Assembly (NCBI GenBank): GCA_001949185.1
Contig: BDGG01000008.1
Coordinates: 124,001-188,000 of the forward strand
Direction: 5' to 3'
Source of the DNA: Ramazzottius varieornatus
Lineage: Eukaryota > Animalia > Tardigrada
DNA length: 64,000 nucleotides
Below are positions 25,706 to 39,000 of the stretch, in pieces. Numbering within the stretch: position 1 is the first letter of the stretch; each line of letters opens with the position of its first letter. The notes below the pieces were generated by a model. That model made no database searches, had not been told where the DNA came from, and saw only the letters and a list, made by a program, of their open reading frames with translations. A program made the translations under genes and the position numbers.

Positions 25706-26121
25706 ACCGGAAGTTCTGTCCCTCAGTACCCGATGCTTTTTGTAAAGAGATTTACGACTCATGCACTTGCTTATTTTTAACCTTCACTGTTCTGTTTTTT
25801 TAATGTCCTTATAGTTTCTCGATGATCAGAACGTGAATGTAGTACCCGGTCCTTCAGTGGGAATGGAGATAGTTCATAGTTACGTAGTTGTCTCTCAAAC
25901 AATGGTGAGTTTACAGTTTCAACTCCGGCGATCTAGTTAGGTCTTGTCTACAGACTTCGCAACTGGAAAAAAGAGATAAGTTTATGAAGAGCAGCGCCCA
26001 GAAGCCACAGTAGGTGAACCGAACAATGGCAACTTTCGGTAGTAACACACTGCACATGAAAGCAATACAAAACGCAAACTAGCGAACGGTCGGTAAAATG
26101 ATTGAAACAAAAAACAGAACA

Positions 26122-26502
26122 TTATTTCGGCGGAGGAGGAGGTGGCATAGGAAGAGAAGATCCAGGTGATCCCATTCCGGCAGAAAATCCAGGCTTCGGT
26201 CCGAGCAGTATGTTTCGCTGCTGTTGAATTTGCGCCTCTTGAATCTGAAGCGACTCCACTTCCAAGGCTACCGGCAAAGCTAGTATGACAGCAGATGATG
26301 CAATTACCCACATGATCTCGCGCGCGTAGTGGTACAAGTTCGATGTGCTCCATTTGGACAGTTCCCACAGCTTTGCAGAGGTGTCTCGAACCGGTTCAGG
26401 GAACATTTCGGTCAGGCCCATCAAGCGTTCCGCAAAGGTCTCCTCTTCGAAATCGTCATCAAGATCCAGCATCAACTGATCCCCTCCGCCTAGATTAGCC
26501 AT
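26122..26502 (-). CDS. TOMM22: Mitochondrial import receptor subunit TOM22
   Basis: Intronless 126 aa: acidic N-terminus DDDFEEETFAERLMGLTEMFPE, TM segment WVIASSAVILALPVALEVE, then QQQRNILLGP. Confidence 0.93.
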   Translation of the reverse strand: MANLGGGDQLMLDLDDDFEEETFAERLMGLTEMFPEPVRDTSAKLWELSKWSTSNLYHYAREIMWVIASSAVILALPVALEVESLQIQEAQIQQQRNILLGPKPGFSAGMGSPGSSLPMPPPPPPK

Positions 26503-27044
26503 TATTCCTTCCTTATGACCAGCACCGTCTCCGACCGTACAGGTATCCCGGGACCGAGGTACTTGCAACTTGATCCAATGGTCGATCCCGTCTGTTCGTC
26601 GATTCGTCAATCCCTACTGCCTCCAGAACACGCTGACTGAAGTGGGATTTCTTTTCGGAAAAAATCAGGAAGTTTTTCAACGTGAGAAATTCAAAACCTG
26701 AAATTGCGAAAGACACTTTACATATTAGAAAAAGAGGCAGGCCGTTCGGGACACAGCCTACTATACTTAATTGTATGATTGATTCGCCGTATCTTTGACT
26801 GAACGTGTTTTCACTCAAGTTGGACGAATTTCCTCCGAACGTCTTCCCGTTGTTGATGTCTGACGTTCTTTCTCGGATTTCTATTCTCCGGAGTCTACAA
26901 CGAGCGTTGTTGCACTTCAGGTGTCTCCTTCGAATCTTGGCGCGAACCGACGCAGCAGTTTCAGGTCCTTCTGCTTACAAGACTGAGACTGCGTCGATCT
27001 AGTATCCTATGTGTTAAATCGGCATCATCAGCGACGTTGATTGG
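26503..27044. promoter_or_regulatory. Probable bidirectional promoter region between TOM22 and POLR1B
   Basis: Head-to-head genes with ATGs only ~540 bp apart. Inferred from geometry; no specific motif identified. Confidence 0.5.
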
Positions 27045-27059
27045 ATGTTGGGCAACGAT

Positions 27060-30000
27060 ATGGACATCCCCGGTGTCATCAAAGATCTGACTCCATCGCT
27101 GACGAATCTGACCACGAACTTTGGAAAGATTCCCGCAAGTGCTCACCTGGTAGGTAGCCGATTTGGCTTAGATATTGCCAGCTCTTCCGCGAAGGCCAAC
27201 CGGTCCATATAAGCAGCTATATAGTGCGTAACAGAATCATTAGGCAAACACCCATGTTATAGTAACTGTAATCTTCTGCAGCCCCTGCAAAATCTATCTC
27301 GGACCCATATTGAATCTTTCAATTTTGCGCTGGGAGAGGGACTTCGGGCGGCGGTCGAGGTAACATGGATAGAATGGTTGCGTACTCTTCAGATTGGCAC
27401 TTCATGATCTTTGCCAAGCCTTGAATACGACGTATTATGCACAACCTGTTGAATATTACAGGATCTCAACCTACACCGATTCAAGCTGAAGGATGGAAGA
27501 GTTGTCGCACTGAAGCTAAAAAATGCAACCGTATCGAGGCCCGAAATTTCAGGTTCTCGGGCTGTCTCAACGCACCTGTTTCCGGTTGAGGTATGTGCAG
27601 AAGCTTAATACTTGGAGCATTTTAGCTCGTACGATGTGTTCGATCACCGACGTTATTTCGAACCTGTTTTAGTGTCGCCAGCGGAAAATATCGTACACGG
27701 CTCCTTTGAAGTTGAAGGTGGAGTGGACGCTGGACGGTGAGCACCAGGGATACTTCGAGAGGTCCGGCGGCGAAATACCCATCATGGTTCGAGTAAGTAC
27801 CTAGTCTACTGGCCTCTCAATAGTACGACGATCTCTCGCTCGTTTTCCGCATGCCTCGACATGAAGTTTATTTTCCAGTCGGCATTCTGCCATCTGAAAG
27901 ACATGACGCCTCAACAACTTGTGAACCGAGGTGAAGAGGAAAACGTAAGTTAATATCTCACTTCTTGACGATATACCTTCCATAATCGGAGTCTTTCATC
28001 GGTTATAGGAATTTGGAGGATACTTCATTATCAACGGGAACGAAAAGCTTATTCGTCTTCTTGTAACTCAGCGAGCAAACTACGTAAGCAGTGAAAAGCT
28101 GTGCTGATGAGAGACTTTCCATTTACCCGTGCCTGTTCTATTTTAGCCGATGGCGATCAAACGAGGAAGTTGGGCGAAGAAGGACAAGTTTTACACGGAA
28201 TTTGGTGTAACTATTCGATGCGTGAGGAAGGACGGTACTTCCAATGTAAGAAATTTTGTATGGAAGTTTTCTGGCTGTCTGTAAGCGTTGTATCTTCTGT
28301 CTGAATTTACACTGGTATTTTCTTCTGGCCAGACGAATGTCCTGCATTACCTGAGTACCAGTGTGGCGGTCCTTTCGGTGTTGATCAACCGTGAACCCAT
28401 GTTCATCCCTGCGATAACGCTACTGCGAGCTCTGACGGATTGGACGGACAAGGAGATCTACGATGAAATATTGACAGGCCAAGAAGACAGCAATCACTTG
28501 CAAGGGTGGGTATCGATTCCGTTCTTGGTATTGAATGTTTTAGAGAACTATGCGAGATTTCATCGAAAGCTCTGTACGTCATGTCTGACTAACGTATTTG
28601 GTATTGCAGAATTATTCGTGGGTTGCTTCGAGCATTGCAAGCAGAGAAAATTGCCAGTAAGAAAGATGCGCAGAAGTATATCGGCTCGCAGCTTCGTTTC
28701 AAGTACAGGGAAGCCGAGTTCCACGAGGACGAAGAGATAGCCAGAATGTTCTTCAGAGAATGTTTGCTCATTCATCTGAAGAAGTTCGAAGACAAAGCTC
28801 GACTTCTAGCGTAAGTTCTGCCTTTACCACTGGATACCTCTTGATCAGATGTTTCAGCCGTGCATTTGTTTGTAGTATGATGATGCGGAAGCTCTTCATG
28901 TTCGAACGAGGTATGTGCGCAGCCGAAAACCCTGACAGTCCAATGGGTCACGACATCCTGACATCTGGAGCGATCTACTTGACAATTCTGAAGGTATTTT
29001 GGAACTAAGCTTTTTCGGATCGCTAAAGTGCAGTGGTTCTCAGGTGCTTGCATACGTTCGTCTCGGAGTATACTGCAGAACAGTGTATGCAGGTGTGTGA
29101 GGGGCGCTTTTAGCAATGGTCGAAGTGTTGTCCAAAGTGTTTTCGGGTTGACGGTGTGATGTTTTTTACCTGCAGGAACGGCTAGAAATCTTGATCAGGA
29201 ATGCTGCCTTGGCCATTCAGAAAGCAACAGAGAAATCCGGCGATAAATACAAGCTGTCAACACAGTTGGTCTCCGACGAGTTCTTCCGAGCCGGAAGTGT
29301 GACGCGTCCTATGCAGTACTTTCTGGCCACTGGTAACCTCAACCCCAGATCCATTGCTCACCTTCAGCAGGCGTCGGGCTTTGCCATCGTCGCAGACAAG
29401 ATTAACTACCTGAGGTTTATGTCCCACTTCCGGTCCGTACACCGTGGGGCGTTCTTCCAAGAGATGCGGACTACTGCCTGCCGGAAACTCCTTCCCGAAG
29501 CCTGGGGCTTTCTGTGTCCTGTCCATACGCCAGATGGTGCTCCCTGTGGTCTGCTGAACCATCTGGCTGCTCCATGTAGAATTGTGATAGCCGACAAGGA
29601 ACCCCCGACGCTGGTGCCGTTTCTGGTTTCTCTTGGAATGCTGAGCTTGAGTGCAATCCCGACGACGGCCTATTCGAAATGCTATCCCGTGCTCATAGAT
29701 GGAAGGTATTACATTATGCATTCACACAGTCAATTTTGTTAGAGGTGTGAACAACGTTCTTGGCTTAGAAGACAGAATCAGTGTCGTAACATCGAAGTGA
29801 AATCAGTTGAAGAGCTGTGTGGAACCGGGCAAACAAGCTCGATAAGATTGTCTTTCCAAGTGGCGCACCATTCTAGCCAGAAAAGCTGAACACAGGCGTC
29901 GCTTGGGAGTCTTGTTGTGTTTTTGCCGAGCTCCCACATGTTAGAGAGCGATCTGTTGTTGATAAAAAGATCCCAGAGAGGATGTACTCGCAATGCGATT

Positions 30001-32584
30001 CAAGATGAAGCAGTTTGCTTATCAAATTCCGTTCCAGGTTGGTCGGGTGGTTGCCCGATTCTCTGGCCGAAGATGCAGTCGCAACGTTGAGAGCACTGAA
30101 GACCAAAGCCGACGCAGCGAAGCCGCGCAAGGACGCACAGACAATCCCAGACAGGGTCAATACGATCCCACCGGACACCGAAGTGGCTTTCATTCCCCGC
30201 AGCAAATTCGCGGGGCAGTTCCCTGGACTATTCCTGTTTCTGGATTCCGCTGGACGGTTCGCCAGACCAGTCAAGAACTTGCGGACTGGGAGAGTCGAAT
30301 GGATTGGGTCGCTGGAGCAAGTCTACCTCAACATCGCGATTAACGAGAAGGAAGCGGTTGAGGGTATCTCGACCCATTGTGAAATGACAGAGCAAGCCTT
30401 TTTGTCCGAAGTGGCTTCCATGACGCCCTACTCCGACCACAACCAAAGTCCTCGCAACCTCTACCAGTGCCAAGCAAGTTTCGATGCTCTCTCTCCGCAG
30501 TGACATTGTACGATACGCAGTGTCACGGGATCGTTTTTTCTTTCTAGATGGGGAAGCAATCGATGGCGACGCCACTTCTTAACTACCACCACCGTAGTGA
30601 TAACAAGCTGTACCGCATACAGAACCCACAGAGTCCGCTGGTTCGCCCAAAAGCTCATGAATACTACCGAATGGATGACCACCCCATGGGTGCGAATGCC
30701 ATTGTTGCCGTGATTTCTTATACTGTAAGCATTTCTTGGTCAAGAATGTTGTTTACTCCCGTGTGGCGTTACAGAAACGAGCGTCAAGAAAGGAAATCGG
30801 ATCTCATACTAAAACTTCTTATCTTTTAGGGATACGATATGGAAGATGCTATGATTATCAACAAAGCCTCTTTCGAACGAGGCTTCGGTTACGGCTGTAT
30901 TTACAAGTCCGAATTCATCAACCTGAAAGAAAAGAACAAGAACGGTCACTGCGTGTTCGGGCTGATTAACTCCGATCCACAGCTCACCTGCATCGGACCA
31001 GATGGCCTGCCTTTCGTTGGGACCAAACTTGAGACCGGGGACCCCTTCTACGTGTAAGTTCCATGACCAAAAACCGCTAGATCCTGGGTTCTTCGCTATA
31101 AAGAAATCGTTAGCATCCAGGTACCTTTTTCAGGACCGTCGACCTTAGTGCTAACAGACAAACCACCGAGAAGTATGACGAGACGGAAACAGCTTACGTC
31201 GAAAGCGTCAAGTGCATCGGGACAGATGGCGGAAATGAACACTACAACCATGTCTGCATCACTCTCCGTATACCGGTACGTGCAGGATGAAATACAATTA
31301 TCTCGACCAGTTGTTGAAAACGAACGCTAGAAACTTGGCCAATTGTTCATCGAAATAATTATTTTTGACCAAGGAAAATAAGCTTGACAAGACAGGCTTT
31401 TATCAAGTGGGGCACGCTTTAAGTCGATACACTTAGACCGCGCGCCACTTGAAATGCAATCTTCTCGAGCTTGTTCGCCGAGCTCTCTTCTCTGATCCAG
31501 TTTTTGATAAAGTGTTTTGGACCTAAAAGAGTTCTCCGAAGTGTTTCAAGGAATTTTGGAACGAATTTTCTTAGAGACCTCCAACTGTCGGTGACAAGTT
31601 CGCTAGCCGACATGGGCAGAAAGGTGTCTGTAGTCGTCTGTATCCCGTAGAAGACATGCCATTCACAGAATCAGGTATGATTCCTGACATCATCTTCAAC
31701 CCTCACGGCTATCCGTCTCGTATGACCATCGGGATGATGATCGAGACGATGGCCGGTAAAGCAGCCGCCCTGAAAGGCATCCCCTTCGACGCCTCACCGT
31801 TTGTGTACGGAGAAGACAACACAGCGGTGGCGCACTTCGGTGAGATGCTGCAGACAGCTGGCTTCAACTATTACGGTAATGAACGGATGTACAGTGGTGT
31901 CGATGGACGGGAACTGGAAGTCAGCATCTTTTTTGGAGTGGTGTACTACCAGCGACTGCGACACATGGTGTCGGACAAGTATCAAGTGAGAACTACCGGA
32001 GCGGTGGACGAACTGACTGGTCAGCCGATCAAAGGCAGGAAACGTGGAGGTGGAACCCGGTTCGGGGAAATGGAACGAGATGCGCTGATTTCCCATGGTG
32101 CTGCGTATTTATTGCAAGATCGCTTGTTCAACTGCTCCGATAAAACACTTGTAAGTAAAAACTTCGCGATAGAGAATACTTTCTAAAGTCGAAAAATATA
32201 ATTATGGGACGTGGGCGAATGGTTTGAACCATACCGCTGTCTCAAGTGGCGCGCCTTTTCAGTTTTATTTACTGGAAGTGTGCGCCACCTGGGAAAAATC
32301 TGGTTGAAATCGTTTCCCACGTTCCATTTTATGGTTTGAAATTGGTGTTTGCCACTGATTTTTTTCCGTAGAGTTACGCCTGTAAGACGTGCGGAAGTAT
32401 TCTTTCACCGATCGCCAAACCGCGGATCGACTCGGACACGGCTCCTGATAACACTTGGATTTGCAAGGTCTGCCCCAACGGGGGCAACGTGGTAACTCTG
32501 TATTTGCCTCAAGTCTTTCGTTACCTGGTAGTTGAACTGGCTTCTTGCAATATGAAACTAAAACTGAATATCGAAAAAGGTTGA
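27060..32584 (+). CDS. POLR1B: RNA polymerase I second-largest subunit RPA2/RPA135
   Basis: [67 protein letters not shown]|[54 protein letters not shown]-terminal Zn ribbon; stop TGA 32582-32584. An alternative in-frame ATG lies at 27045. Confidence 0.97.
29047..29093. repeat. Palindrome family B copy (POLR1B intron)
   Basis: CTTGCATAC-N29-GTATGCAGG. Confidence 0.7.
29844..29906. repeat. Palindrome family A copy, degenerate (POLR1B intron)
   Basis: TTTCCAAGTGGCGCAC-N25-AGGCGTCGCTTGG. Confidence 0.6.
31388..31463. repeat. Palindrome family A copy (POLR1B intron)
   Basis: CAAGTGGGGCAC-N24-GCGCGCCACTTG. Confidence 0.75.
32204..32326. repeat. Palindrome family A copy with extended arms (last POLR1B intron)
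   Basis: TGGGACGTGGG..AACC..AAGTGGCGCGC-N25-GTGCGCCACCT..GGTT..CCCACGTTCCA. Confidence 0.8.
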
Positions 32585-33015
32585 ATATTCTGACTAATCC
32601 CTAGTTAGAGTTTGCACCGGTGATTAAATTTTTTTCCTCTTGACTTTTGGGTGTGTACGCCCAAAATAAAATCATGACGTCAGCGTGCTCGTCTTTTCGA
32701 AGCTGTATTAGATGTTAAGCACGACGACGACTGTTCGCAGACTTATGTCAACATCCAATTCTTCCGCTCTCCGTCCCTTGCATGAGAGCTGAGACGGCGG
32801 AAGAACGATGTTCGGTGACATCAGGTCTGAGTTTAGGCTGTAGCGTACATTAGTCGTGCTGTAACTCGGCTGAGGATCATTCGAGCTCCTGTAGTGGAGC
32901 AGTTGCCTCGTTCCCCGTAAGGTTCTCCGTTTGGAAGGACAGTCTGGGTTCGGCCAGGGCAAAATAGTTTTTGGATGGCGTAACCTAATAGTTCTGACAA
33001 GGTTCAGGTGGCAAC

Positions 33016-36000
33016 ATGGGGGACCACGCCGAAAGCGAGGCTGTCTCTTCCGAGCAGGATGACGTCTCGTTCCTTCGAACGGTGAGCAAAAGTGACCCTT
33101 TCAATAGCAGAGCATCCCACAACCTGAACCGATGTTCCTCTTTAGAACGATGTTGTGTGCTTGAGTTGCACCCAAACGGCCAAAGATGGCGGAAGCGGCA
33201 CCGAAAGAGTCTGCTTAGGAGCGGAAGGATTCGGGAACCGTTATTGCTTTTTGGAAACTGTATCGGACAAGGTAAGACATTCATTCCCAGAAACCATGCT
33301 TATGGGCTGATCGCAATGGGATGGAAAACCTCGGAAATTTGCGCTGCAGCGCTGACTCTGTGATTCCCCTGTTTTCTTTCTTCGTAACATTAGAGTGCAT
33401 ATTGCGCGAGCCAAGTTAGCTATCAAAACGAACGGCATAAATAGTCGTGAGCCTTCTCTTGACATCTGATCTGGTGAGCTATCCCCTGCACTTCAGACGT
33501 TTCTAAAAATAGTGGACGCCGATCCATCAGTACATGCTCGGATACAGTCACGATCTGAACACGCAAGCGAAGGACTTTACCATAGCGTATTTTGTTACGA
33601 TCGTGGAGACAGTAGAGACGATCATGATCCGAGAAGCGATCGGTTTTGTCGATCGCCGGGGAGAATTCACGGTGCTAAAAAGCTATGAGGAATATATCAT
33701 AAAGAATTTTCTCTCCAGATCACGACAAAAAAAGTTTCGGCGTTAAATTGGGATATTATTTAAATCCCTATGTAACGGCGACTGCACGTTCTCAGGTAAT
33801 ACGTGATATGGAAAACACGTAGAAAAAGGCTCAATACATATGTACATTAGCGGGTCTAAATGAAAATGGCCTTACGGTTTGAGATAAAAGTACTGGTGAA
33901 TTAGATTGAGGTTGAAAATTCCGCACAATATGTTAGTTCGAGTCCGCTCTTTGTTTTATTCCAGAATTATCCACCCGACGTTGCGTCATGTATGCTGGTC
34001 ATCGAGCAAGCTCTGTCCATCAGAGCTCTCCAGGAAATGGTAGCTGCGGCCGGAAACGAAGCGGTACGATTATTTGCATCAGCGCATTGCTAGTCTCTTC
34101 GCCAAGCCTTTAAACGCTCGTGCTGCTTCAGGGTTCCCAGTCTGGACACCGGACGTTACTGTACGGTCACGCAGTACTGCTTCGTCACGTCAACAGCGAT
34201 ATGGTTGGTCTTGAAATTTTTATAGTTCCACATGTGCGCTGTTTTCTGATGAACGGCTGGTTTCAGTATCTGACAACACTTGACACTTCCTCGTCCAGCG
34301 ACAAGTTGGCATTCGACGTGGGTCTCCGCGAGACGGCTCAAGGAGAAGCGTGTTGGTGGACGATCCATCCTGCCTCGAAGCAGCGATCGGAAGGCGAGAA
34401 GGTCAGGGTGGGCGATGATCTGATTCTCGTCAGTGTGTCGACGGAACGATATCTGGTAAGAAGACCCGAAAACGTAGGGGGCGACGAATTTGTGAAATGA
34501 GATACAGTTACTGAGCAAGAATGTGTTTGTGACAGCATACATTACGGACCCCGGAATCTTCTGTCATTGCGTCCTTCCACCAAACGCAGTGGACCATCCT
34601 GCCGGTCGCTACTGGTAGTATCAAAGCCAAGTCCATCAGCTTTGTTTTCAGTCAGGAAATCATCAGGTTCTTCCATGGACAAGATGAATGCATCACCATA
34701 CCGGAAACTTGGGCTGACCATCCTCAGCATAACCATGTAGTTTATGAGGGCGGAGATGCACTCGAACGCGCGCGATCCCTTTGGCGAGTTGAACTGGTGA
34801 AAGGAAAGTAAGTCCCACCAACATGAAAGTCAAAGCAACTTTCTGACGATTGGTGAAATCACAACAGAAAATTAATTTTGACTCAACTTTACCAATAATC
34901 TTGAGAAGTTGGCGAGCAAATACTAGTTTTTCGGATACCTGCATACGAGCCATAGTGTGTGTACGACATGGTGTATGAAGGTCTATGATGTAATTTATTT
35001 GCCAACCTGAGGAAATTAGATTTTCTGGGATCGGTACATTATTGGGAATGTGTCATAATTGATACTTCGTCTCCAGGATAAAAAATGTGAGGAAATCTAA
35101 ATTTTAGATGGACCGGGGCGTTTTTGAACTGGAAGCAGCCATTTCGAATTGTCCATATCACCACTGGGCGTTACATGTCCGTCAAAGAGGGTGGCACCGT
35201 CTCGCTGGTTGGCCGCGACAAAGCCAAGCTCGACGAAACCGCTTTCTTCCTCAAAGCCAACAAGGACGACAAGAGCTTCGGTCTGGACGACAAAGAAAAA
35301 GAGGAAGAAGGCATGGGACCCGCCAACATCAAGTACGGAGACACCTTCTTCTACATCCAACACGCAACAAGTGGTCTCTGGCTCTCGTACCAATCCAACG
35401 AAGTCACGAAGCGTGGTGTGGGAAAAGTGGAAGAAAAGATTGCTGTCATGCTGGAAGAAGGTCATATGGACGATACTTTGACGTTCAGTCGGGCCCAACA
35501 AGAAGAGTCCAAGTCAGCGCGGGTTATCAGGAAGTGCACCTACTTGTTCAGCAAGTTCAACAACGGCCTGGACGCCTTGCTTCGTCAGCCGGTGGACCGA
35601 CGAACTTCCATGTCGTCCGCTGTTCCCTCCTCGTACAACCTGAAGGAGGTCGTGGACTTATTGAAGGATCTGATCGACTACTTCGCGCAGCCAGTGCATG
35701 GTACTGGCCACGAGGCGAAGCAGACGCACCTTCGGGCGTTGAAGAACCGTCAAGACCTCTTCCAGCAGGAAGGAGTGCTGACGTTGGTTTTGGATACAAT
35801 TGACAAGATTAGTGGACTGGCTAATAGTGGCTACATGAATTCTCTGCAATCGGAAGATGGGGCTAATGAGGCCTTGTTGTGGGAAGAGATATCTAGCTTT
35901 TTGTATTTGCTTATCGCAGCAATGATCAAGGGTAATCACGGGAACTGTGCACAGTTCGCTCAGTCAGCTCGCCTAAACTGGCTTTTCAGCCGCTTAACCC

Positions 36001-39000
36001 AACAGGGTTCTGAAGGTGTGCTGGATGTTCTTCAGTCCGTGTTGACTGACAGTCCAGAAGCTTTGAACATGATCAGGGAAGACCATATTCGGGGCATCAT
36101 TTCTTTACTGGACAGAAGTGGGCGTGACCACAAGGTACATCATTACAATACTGCGGAAGTCAGGAAAGAAGGTTTGTGACTTTTGTGGTTCCATTACAGA
36201 TTTTAGATATTCTGGGAAATTTCTGCGTGGGGAACGGTCTCGCAGTGCGGTCGAGTCAGAACAATATTTGCGAGTTCCTCCTTCCGGGGAAGGACCTTCT
36301 GTTGCAGACGAAGCTGGTCGACCATGTGTCATCCGTTCATCCCAACATCTACGTTGGTTTCACGGATGGCTCGGCTATGTTCCGTAAATGGTACTACGAG
36401 GCCATCATTGACCACGTGGAATTAGCGTCCAACCTACCTCCGCACATTCGCGTTGGTTGGGCGAATACTGATGGCTACTACCCATATCCGGGTGGCGGTG
36501 AGCGATGGGGCGGAAACGGAGTGGGGGACGACATGTTCTCGTTCGGCTTCGATGGCACAAACATCTGGACAGGTACTTTATTCCTGCGCATAACTGACAG
36601 CCAAATAAACCGGCAAACCAGTACGTGAAACTGAACCCGAGCTCCGTAAAAAAAAACTCGATTGACCAAAATTTACGAAGTGGCGCACGTCTTTAATGTT
36701 ATGGATCGACGATGTGCGCCACTTGGGAAAAGGACCTTGGCGAGTTTGCTTGCCTGAGTTCCGAACGACTGCAGATATGTAATTTCGAGAACAGTAAACA
36801 GGCCGATATCTTTTATATAGGTGGACAGTCGCGAGCTGTCCGAATGTACGAGACCGACTTCGGTTTTCACAAAGGCGACATTGTCGGTTGCAACATCGAC
36901 TTGACCATCCCAGAAATCTCCTTCAGCCTTAACGGTGTCCGTCTACGAGCAACCATCAGAAATTTTAACACCACCGGCATGTTCTACCCGGTCATCAGTA
37001 TGTCTGCTCGGACCAGCTGTCGCTTCATGTTGGGTGGAGATCAAGGTCGACTGAAACATGGACCGCCATCGGGCTTCTCATCCGTCATCGAGTCACTTCC
37101 TCCGAAAGAAACTCTCCGCATCGAGCCGAACTTTTACTTTGGGGAAATACAGCGGTCGCTCTTGGCTGGACCGGCCGTGGCACAAGAGAACTCGACGTTT
37201 GTCCCGAAACCCATCGACACTACTGGAGTGAACTTGCCCAACTATATACTGCAGATTCGTGACAAGCTGGCCGAGAACATTCACGAGCTTTGGTCTGTCA
37301 TGAAGATCGAAGCGGGGTGGACATACGGCGATGTTCGCGATGACCATCTCAAGACAAACCCTTGCCTCACAAATTTCAAGAATCTACCGATTGCAGAGAA
37401 AAACTACGACATGACATTGTCGATGGAAACACTGAAGTACACATTCGAAAAGAACTTTGAATTTATTTTCGTATTTATTTTTCTATTTTATCTGTGATAT
37501 TTCATATAGTACGTATGTATATGATGTTTGGAAGAAATGGATTTTTAAGTGCGTGTCTTGCAGGGTTTTGTTGGCGTTGGGTTACCACATCAGCATGACG
37601 CCAACTGATAACCGTATTCGTCCTATGAAACTGTCCTCAACCTACACACAACCGAACGGGTACAAGCCTGCGCCACTCGACTTGACGAACATTCAGCTGA
37701 CGGGTCCTATGGAGGAACTGAAGGAGCTCCTGGCGGAAAACATCCACACAGTGTGGGCTAAGAACCGCATCGACCAAGGCTGGACTTATGGATTAAGCCA
37801 ACAGAATGTTGCGAAGAGAAGTCCGCACTTAGTGCCTTACGATTCGGTGGAAGACTCGATCAAAGAAATGAATCGGTATGCTTATTTTACAGCAAACTTC
37901 CATACCCATATTTCACATACCGTATAATTTCCATTATTCAGGAATACGGCAACGGAAGTGGTGCGCACCCTGATCGCGTATGGATATGGCATCGACCCAC
38001 CGTCCGGCGAGCAGAAAGTTCCAACTAAAGCGGCGCAGAAGCAATCTAGTGACAAACTGCAAAGTCGCAGCTATCGAGCGGAGAAGACTTACGCCGTAAC
38101 TGAAGGAAAATGGTACTACGAGTTTGAAGTCCTTACTCCAGGTTAGTTGCGCTCTTATGCTAAGCTAGTCAGAAGAATAGCCACATGTCTCTACTCTCAC
38201 CTCCCACAGGCTACATGAAAGTGGGATGGGCACTGGTCGGATGTTTACCAAGCGTCGAGCTGGGTGTGGACGATCAATCTTACGCTTTCGATGGGTCGTT
38301 GGTAAGAATGACTGGCAAATTCGCGCCAAGGATGGAAAACGTGACTTGTGTTTTTGACTCCAGGGCCGGAAGTGGCACCAAGGATCCGAGCCATTCGGCA
38401 AGAGCTGGCAGACTGGTGATGTCGTCGGATGTCTGCTGGACTTGAACGATCACACCATCAGCTTCACGATCAATGGAGAGCTGCTCGTAGACCCATCGGG
38501 CAACGAAGCGGCTTTCGAAGGGGTGGTGGCCGAGACTGAAGGTTTCGTACCGGCATGTACCCTTGGTGGCGGGCAGAGAGCGCGCTTTAACTTTGGTCAA
38601 GACATCCACTCCTTAAAGTTCTTCACGACCAGCGGTCTTCAGGAAGGCTACGAACCATTTTGCGTGTAAGCATACTTTTCGAGGGTACACAATCTCTTAC
38701 TTTTACCACATCCGAGTATCTCCGTGAATTTACAGGAATATGACCCGACCTGTACCATTCTGGTACAATCGCGATCAGTCGGTGTTTGTGCCTGTCTCCG
38801 ACACAAACAGTATGCTGGAAGTAATCCGAATTCCGGGGAGCGGAAATACTCCTGCTGGTTTGAAACTATCCAGGAAGTCTCAGGGTCTGACAGATAACAC
38901 CCAAATGGAGTTCTTGCGACTATCACTTCCGGTTACTACTCGGTCCCATTACATGAGGTATTATATTCATCCGGTTATCTACACATTTGCCACAGCGTAC

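Noticed and set aside
32675-32682. Perfect CRE palindrome TGACGTCA upstream of RyR (another at 261-268)
   Set aside because: An 8-mer is expected about once per window of this size, and there is no supporting evidence.
33644-33730. Imperfect hairpin TTTTGTCG..GAATTC / GAATTT..CGACAAAA in RyR intron 2
   Set aside because: Degenerate and single copy in this window; insufficient to call an element.
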